A model generated the notes under the pieces. That model was not told the origin of the DNA. It saw only the letters and a program-made list of their open reading frames with translations, and did no database searches. The translations under genes and the position numbers were made by a program. DNA of 59,564 nucleotides, filler included. It is 7 parts of 7 records of this genome, joined end to end, with 100 filler letters (N's around TTAATTAATTAA, not from the genome) between each part and the next. Parts side by side here need not be neighbours in the genome. Positions count along the whole stretch, not along the records: positions 53,968 to 59,564 come from SRR31147125_34180; 6 more parts are not named here. The stretch is one strand, 5' to 3'. Shown here in pieces: positions 54,413 through 59,564 of the stretch (the stretch's first letter is position 1; each line of letters opens with the position of its first letter).

Positions 54413-55159
54413 TTATTTAATTAAGAATTGGGAGATTTTGGTTACATTTTTTAAAAATAATGTATAAAAACCTCCAATTGAATTATTTTTCAATGCCCGA
54501 AAGTCTTCATAACTTTTTCTATATATATTACTGATACTTTTATTACTTGCACCTCCTACTCTCATTTTTGTAATAATTATTGGAATATAAGAAGTACTAA
54601 TTTTATGTACACCCAGAAATCTCAACATTAAATCGTAATCTGCTGCAATTTTAAATGATGTATCAAAATTTCCATGTGTGTCGTATATTTCTTTTTTTAC
54701 AAAAAAAGTTGGGTGAGGCGGCATCCAACCTTGTTTCAGTAATTTACGAGAAAACTTTTTACTTTTCCAATATCTTATTATGTTATCCAAATTAGTTTTT
54801 GATACATATTGAAGATTACCATAAATAGAATCAACATTGGTTTTTGTAAATTCTTCTACAATTTTTTGTGTTACATTTTCCGAAGCAAAAACATCATCTG
54901 AGTGTAAAAATCCTATTACATCCCCGGTTGCTAATTTTAATCCTTTATTAAGTGCATCGTAAATTCCACTATCTTTTTCGCTAATCCATTTTGCAATTTT
55001 ACCCTCATTTTTTTTAATAATATCTAACGTACCGTCGTTAGAATTTCCATCAACGATAATGTGTTCTATGTTATCGTAATTTTGACTATAGACAGAATCG
55101 ATTGCATATTGAATGTTTTCTCTATTGTTATAGATAGCAGTAATTATGGAGACTTTCAT
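54413..55159 (-). CDS. Glycosyltransferase family 2 (WcaE-like)
   Basis: DGNSNDGT, GIYDALNKG, LHSDD, PPHPT, ADYD. Confidence 0.9.
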   Translation of the reverse strand: MKVSIITAIYNNRENIQYAIDSVYSQNYDNIEHIIVDGNSNDGTLDIIKKNEGKIAKWISEKDSGIYDALNKGLKLATGDVIGFLHSDDVFASENVTQKIVEEFTKTNVDSIYGNLQYVSKTNLDNIIRYWKSKKFSRKLLKQGWMPPHPTFFVKKEIYDTHGNFDTSFKIAADYDLMLRFLGVHKISTSYIPIIITKMRVGGASNKSISNIYRKSYEDFRALKNNSIGGFYTLFLKNVTKISQFLIK

Positions 55160-55713
55160 TAATTATCGTTTTCGAATGTTCTCTTACGAAGGAAAGTAGC
55201 TGGATTTCCCTGATAAATTGAATACGGTTCCAAATCTTTTATTGCGACAGACTGAACTGATAAAATACTGTGAGATTTGCAGGTAATGCCTGGGCCAACT
55301 GTACTTTTGGCTCCTATCCATACGCCCTCTTCCAGTATAATCTCACCTATAAATAAATCGAATGTTTCTTTTTTATAATTATGATTTCCGGTTAATAGAA
55401 ATGCTCCTTGAGAAATACAAACATTGGAACCAATTTTTACTTTTGCGAGGTTATCAATCCATACATTTTCGCCAATCCATGCATAATCTTCAATAGATAA
55501 ATTCCAGGGATATTTAATATTTACATTGGGTTTAATAGTTACACCTTTTCCAATTTTTGCACCAAAACATTTAAGCAGAAAAACTTTTAAAAACGATACT
55601 GGTAATATAGAAGATTTAAAAAAAATTGCATTTGTATAAAACCAACAGATCCTCACAATTGGATTGCCGGGTTTATACCAATCATTATTGTATTTCGAAA
55701 GGTCTGTTTTCAT
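55159..55713 (-). CDS. wcaF: WcaF-like polysaccharide acetyltransferase
   Basis: Hexapeptide repeats, KYPWNL, SQGAFLLTGNH, GNPA. Confidence 0.88.
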   Translation of the reverse strand: MKTDLSKYNNDWYKPGNPIVRICWFYTNAIFFKSSILPVSFLKVFLLKCFGAKIGKGVTIKPNVNIKYPWNLSIEDYAWIGENVWIDNLAKVKIGSNVCISQGAFLLTGNHNYKKETFDLFIGEIILEEGVWIGAKSTVGPGITCKSHSILSVQSVAIKDLEPYSIYQGNPATFLRKRTFENDN

Positions 55714-55821
55714 TTTTATGATGAAAATTTTGGTGAAAGTATTAAAATTGTTGATAAAAAAATCATTTGATAGCCATTGATTAGTCCGTTATTAATATGT
55801 TTGAATCTACATAATTTTAAA

Positions 55822-56193
55822 ATGAAGGATTTAATAATTAAAAAAACAAAAGTCACACCAGAGGTAAAATTTTATAACAGTGGCAACCTTACAATTGAAG
55901 GAATTTCTTTACCAGAAGACGCTAAAAATTTTTACGACAAACTATTAATCTTTATTAATAATCTGAACTCTGAAAGTATATCGTTAAATGTAAAATTAGA
56001 GTACATAAATACAGCTTCTGCCAAACAATTATTTTTAATTTTTAGGGCGTTAGAAGAAAAATCAAAAGATTATGAAGTAAGTATAGATTGGGCATATCCG
56101 GAAGATGATGAAGATATATATGATTCGGGAAAATATTATGCATCATTAATGACCGAATTAAAATTTAATTTTATTGCATATGCAGATGCATAG
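55822..56193 (+). CDS. DUF1987/SiaC-family protein
   Basis: TPEV..GISLPEDA..FY..LEYINTAS.K..WAY..DDED. Confidence 0.82.
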   Translation: MKDLIIKKTKVTPEVKFYNSGNLTIEGISLPEDAKNFYDKLLIFINNLNSESISLNVKLEYINTASAKQLFLIFRALEEKSKDYEVSIDWAYPEDDEDIYDSGKYYASLMTELKFNFIAYADA

Positions 56194-56350
56194 TCAATAA
56201 ATTTTAAAATTTTTCTCAACTATTGTCCATTTTCAGGTCTATTTTAGGATCATAAATAGAAATAATCTATTTTTAGTTCTGATATTACAATACATTGTAT
56301 ATAAGACTAGTTTGTTTTATTTGTATTTATTTCAAATGATTTGTACCTAA

Positions 56351-58159
56351 ATGAAACCATTAAACATCAAGGATAAGCAAATTTTATATGTAGACGATGA
56401 CCAAGAAAACCTTGATGGGTTCCAATTCAGTTTCAGTAAAGAATTTACAATTTTTCTTGCACGGGATTTAGAACATGCATGGGAAATTATCCAAGCAAAT
56501 AATATAAAGGTTATTGTTTCAGATCAAAGAATGCCAGACATTTCCGGTATCGATTTTCTGGCGGAAGTTGAAAAGAAATATCCAACTATAGTACGAATTA
56601 TTTTAACCGCTTATGCTAATATCGATACGCTAATACAAGCCATTAATAAAGGTAACGTTTATAGGTTTCATACAAAACCATGGAATAGGGAAGATTTATT
56701 ATTTACCATTGAAAACGCGATTGAAGCTTATTCATTAAGAAAAGAAAATTTAGATCTGCTGGGCAACCTAAAACTTGCCAATGAAGATTTGGAGATGTCA
56801 AACACCCGGCTTAAAGAAAGTGAATTAAGATTTAGAACTTTATTCGAACAAGCAGGAGATGGTATTCTTGTTGGAAATCCTGATGGTATAATTACAGATG
56901 TTAACTCTCGTATGCTGGAGTTAACTCAATATAAAAAAGAAGATCTTATCGGATTGCATATAGATTTTATTCTTCCATCTGTAGATTTAAATGGTGAAAC
57001 GAAGCCATACAAAACCATGAATAAAGGCGATTTAATTATTAGTCAACATAAAATTAATACTAAGAACAGAAAAAAATTATATGTTGAAGTAAATATGAAA
57101 AGGCTTGAAGATGGCAGGTTACAAGCCATGTTTAGAGATATCACCCAAGACAAAATAAATAAAGAAGCACTAGTTGAAAGCGAAAAGAAGTTCAGGAATA
57201 TTTTTAACAGCAGTAATGATTCTATCTTGATTGCTACCATTGATGGAAGGTTAATTGAGGGTAATAATGTGTTTTATGAACGAATTCAATATACACGAGA
57301 AGAATTAAAAGAAATTAATTTATTCAGTATTTTACCGGAAGAATATAAAAAACAACAGAAAAAACGCATTGTTAATTTATTAGAAAATGGCATAGCGCCA
57401 GTGATTGAACTTGAATTAATAAATAAGTATGGCGTTGTCTTTCCTGTTGAAATGGATAGTAAATTAATTAATTATAGTGGCGGAAGAGCTATCTTAACAG
57501 TTATAAGAGATATTGCAGAACGAAAAATCACCGAAAGAAAGGTGCTGGATGCTGTTATTAGTACCGAAGAAGGGGAGAGGGAACGGTTTGCCAAGAATTT
57601 ACATGATGATTTGGGCCCATTGTTATCAAGCATCAAAATGTATATGAATTCTTTTATGAATACTTCAGATTCGAAAAAGCAGGAATATATTATTGATCAG
57701 GTAAATGAGATAATTATGGAAGCCATACAAACCACAAAACAAGTCTCTAATGATTTAAGTCCGCATATTTTGGCCAATTACGGTATTGCTTCCGCGGTTG
57801 AAAATTTTATAAAAAAGATAACCGATCATATCGAAATAAGGTTCGAATCTAACCTTGAAAATATAAGATTTGATAATAGCCTGGAAACCACATTCTATCG
57901 AATTGTAAAAGAGCTTATTAATAACACAATTAAACATGCAAATGCAAAAAATATTAAAATAGCATTAAACAAAAAGAGAAATAAACTATTTTTAAATTAT
58001 TCCGACGATGGAATTGGATTCGATATAAATACCATAGAAAAACGAGGTATGGGATTGTATAATTTAATGAGCAGGATAAAATCGTTAGACGGAAAATTTG
58101 ATTTTGAAAGGTTGGAACGAGGAATTAAAATTAGGGTTGATGCTCCAATAGTTCAATAA
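56351..58159 (+). CDS. Hybrid sensor kinase: REC, two PAS, HisKA_3, HATPase
   Basis: YVDDD..SDQRMP; ERERFAKNLHDDLG; ELINNTIKHA, DDGIGFD, GMGL. Confidence 0.93.
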   Translation: MKPLNIKDKQILYVDDDQENLDGFQFSFSKEFTIFLARDLEHAWEIIQANNIKVIVSDQRMPDISGIDFLAEVEKKYPTIVRIILTAYANIDTLIQAINKGNVYRFHTKPWNREDLLFTIENAIEAYSLRKENLDLLGNLKLANEDLEMSNTRLKESELRFRTLFEQAGDGILVGNPDGIITDVNSRMLELTQYKKEDLIGLHIDFILPSVDLNGETKPYKTMNKGDLIISQHKINTKNRKKLYVEVNMKRLEDGRLQAMFRDITQDKINKEALVESEKKFRNIFNSSNDSILIATIDGRLIEGNNVFYERIQYTREELKEINLFSILPEEYKKQQKKRIVNLLENGIAPVIELELINKYGVVFPVEMDSKLINYSGGRAILTVIRDIAERKITERKVLDAVISTEEGERERFAKNLHDDLGPLLSSIKMYMNSFMNTSDSKKQEYIIDQVNEIIMEAIQTTKQVSNDLSPHILANYGIASAVENFIKKITDHIEIRFESNLENIRFDNSLETTFYRIVKELINNTIKHANAKNIKIALNKKRNKLFLNYSDDGIGFDINTIEKRGMGLYNLMSRIKSLDGKFDFERLERGIKIRVDAPIVQ

Positions 58160-58194
58160 AATAGATTAATTTAGACTCCAATATTGCTATTAGA

Positions 58195-58830
58195 ATGGAT
58201 ATACCAAATCGAAAAATCATAATAGTTGATGATCATCGACTTTTTAGAAATGGCCTTAAATTCATAATAAATGAAATGGATGGAGTTGAAGTAGTTGCTG
58301 AAGCTTCAAATGGGCAGGAATTTCTTGATTTGTTGGAATACATTGAACCAGATCTGGTATTGATGGATATTAGTATGCCCGTCTTAAATGGGATAGATGC
58401 TACACAAATAGCAATGAAAAAAAATCCCGGTTTGAATGTTCTTGTCCTGTCCATGTTTGGTGAAGATGCATACTACAATTCTATGATAGAATTAGGCGTA
58501 AAAGGCTTTTTGCTAAAGGATGCGGATAATGATGAATTAATTAACGCAATAAATACAATTTTAAGGGGAGGAACATTTTTTTCTCAAGAATTGCTGCTTA
58601 ATCTTATTAAGAATAAAACTGAGAACCCGTCAATTAATTTCACAAAACGTGAGATAGAGATTTTATCATTAATATGTAAAGGATATTCAAATATTCAGAT
58701 TTCAGATAAGTTGAATATTAGTCAAAGGACAGTTGAGCGGCACAGATCTAACTTATTGTTGAAGACAGAATCTTCAAATTCGATTAGCCTTGTTGTATAC
58801 GCAATCAAGAATAATATTATAAATGTTTAA
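58195..58830 (+). CDS. NarL/LuxR-family response regulator
   Basis: VDDH, MDISMP, TKRE.EIL..ISQRTVERHR. Confidence 0.95.
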   Translation: MDIPNRKIIIVDDHRLFRNGLKFIINEMDGVEVVAEASNGQEFLDLLEYIEPDLVLMDISMPVLNGIDATQIAMKKNPGLNVLVLSMFGEDAYYNSMIELGVKGFLLKDADNDELINAINTILRGGTFFSQELLLNLIKNKTENPSINFTKREIEILSLICKGYSNIQISDKLNISQRTVERHRSNLLLKTESSNSISLVVYAIKNNIINV

Positions 58831-59340
58831 TTACTAGCTGGTTAATAATAAAATTGATTGTCGGTAAATACCCAATTTTATATACGTGTTATCATCAAAA
58901 TAGTACGCATAATAATTGAGTATTTTATTTTTAATTTTGCGTAAAATCTCTCAATACTAGTATATAAAACGGTCGTATTTTTGTATTGGTTAAAATGATA
59001 ACTGAAAACAAAAGTTCTGAATTTGATGATATTTATTTTCTTCGTGGAGAATTGAAGTTAATGATGCGAAGAGGAGATTGGTTGAGGTTGAAAATATAAC
59101 AATTCAATTGCAGAGGAGTAGGTTGAAGGGATTTGATTTGTAGAAGTTGGTTGAGGCGTTTGTTAAACAAAAATGATAATTAGTTGTTATATAGTAGAGT
59201 TAACTTCTTCCACGGAAGAAAATAGAAAAAAATATCACAGATATTGAGGAGATTGGTTAGATAATTTGTATTTTTGCAACAACTAAGTTGTAAGTGAAGA
59301 ATAAGTTTGATTTAGGGTTGTTTTAGTGTGGTTTGGTTTT

Positions 59341-59379
59341 CAGGGCGGTGGCAGTCCTTGCTATCGCCCTGTTTTTTTT
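59341..59379 (+). terminator. Rho-independent terminator with no adjacent CDS
   Basis: CAGGGCGGTGGCA ... TGCTATCGCCCTG followed by T8. Confidence 0.85.
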
Positions 59380-59478
59380 GGGTAATACCAACTCTTCAAT
59401 AAGCGCATTTGTCATATTTTGAGTTTTTTCTCAAATTTTTCATAACTAAATTGAAACTTTATGTTCTAATTCAACTTT

Positions 59479-59564
59479 ATGAAAAAATATCGCATCCTAC
59501 TCGTTGACGATCACCCACATTTTATTAATGCGCTTAAATTCTTAATCTTAGATTTTTTTGAGGA
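59479..59564 (+). CDS. Response regulator receiver (truncated)
   Basis: MKKYRILLVDDHPHFINALKFLI. Confidence 0.75.
   Translation, partial: MKKYRILLVDDHPHFINALKFLILDFFE

Noticed and set aside
59071-59260. Repeats as a CRISPR array
   Set aside because: Only 12-15 nt, degenerate, irregularly spaced, and no cas genes

Overview
This window is not one replicon. It is seven unrelated contigs joined by artificial 100-nt linkers (N-run, TTAATTAATTAA, N-run) at 10023, 18326, 36277, 42673, 48517 and 53868, so synteny is valid only within a contig. (1) 1-10022: deltaproteobacterial-style type II fatty-acid/polyene lipid cluster (PagL, FabG, CrtI-like oxidoreductase, KS, ACP, acyltransferase, a degenerate radical-SAM/SPASM-hotdog fusion, LolA, MMPL). 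(2) 10123-18325: integron-type cassette array with two 126-bp attC-like sites and no visible integrase. It carries a pentapeptide-TIR gene, a complete Gabija pair and an unknown gene, next to a GT-C glycosyltransferase. (3) 18426-36276: FCB/KSB1-like locus of LacI, TonB receptor, PorV-like barrel, large Ca-motif protein and lipoprotein; then a 163-bp MITE, queG, rpmB and murG-ftsQ-ftsA-ftsZ. (4) 36377-42672: Bacteroidota tRNA-Ala 3' end and a T9SS GEVED/PKD protein. (5) 42773-48516: gdhA, Tat-signal SOD, GyrI-like protein, GT-C, MtaB. (6) 48617-53867: Bacteroidota housekeeping and glycosyltransferase genes. (7) 53968-59564: EPS genes, a hybrid kinase/NarL pair and a candidate repeat-containing structured sRNA. 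Several genes have single-base deletions, mostly in homopolymers, that look like sequencing errors. All calls are from motif recognition by eye; no searches were run.
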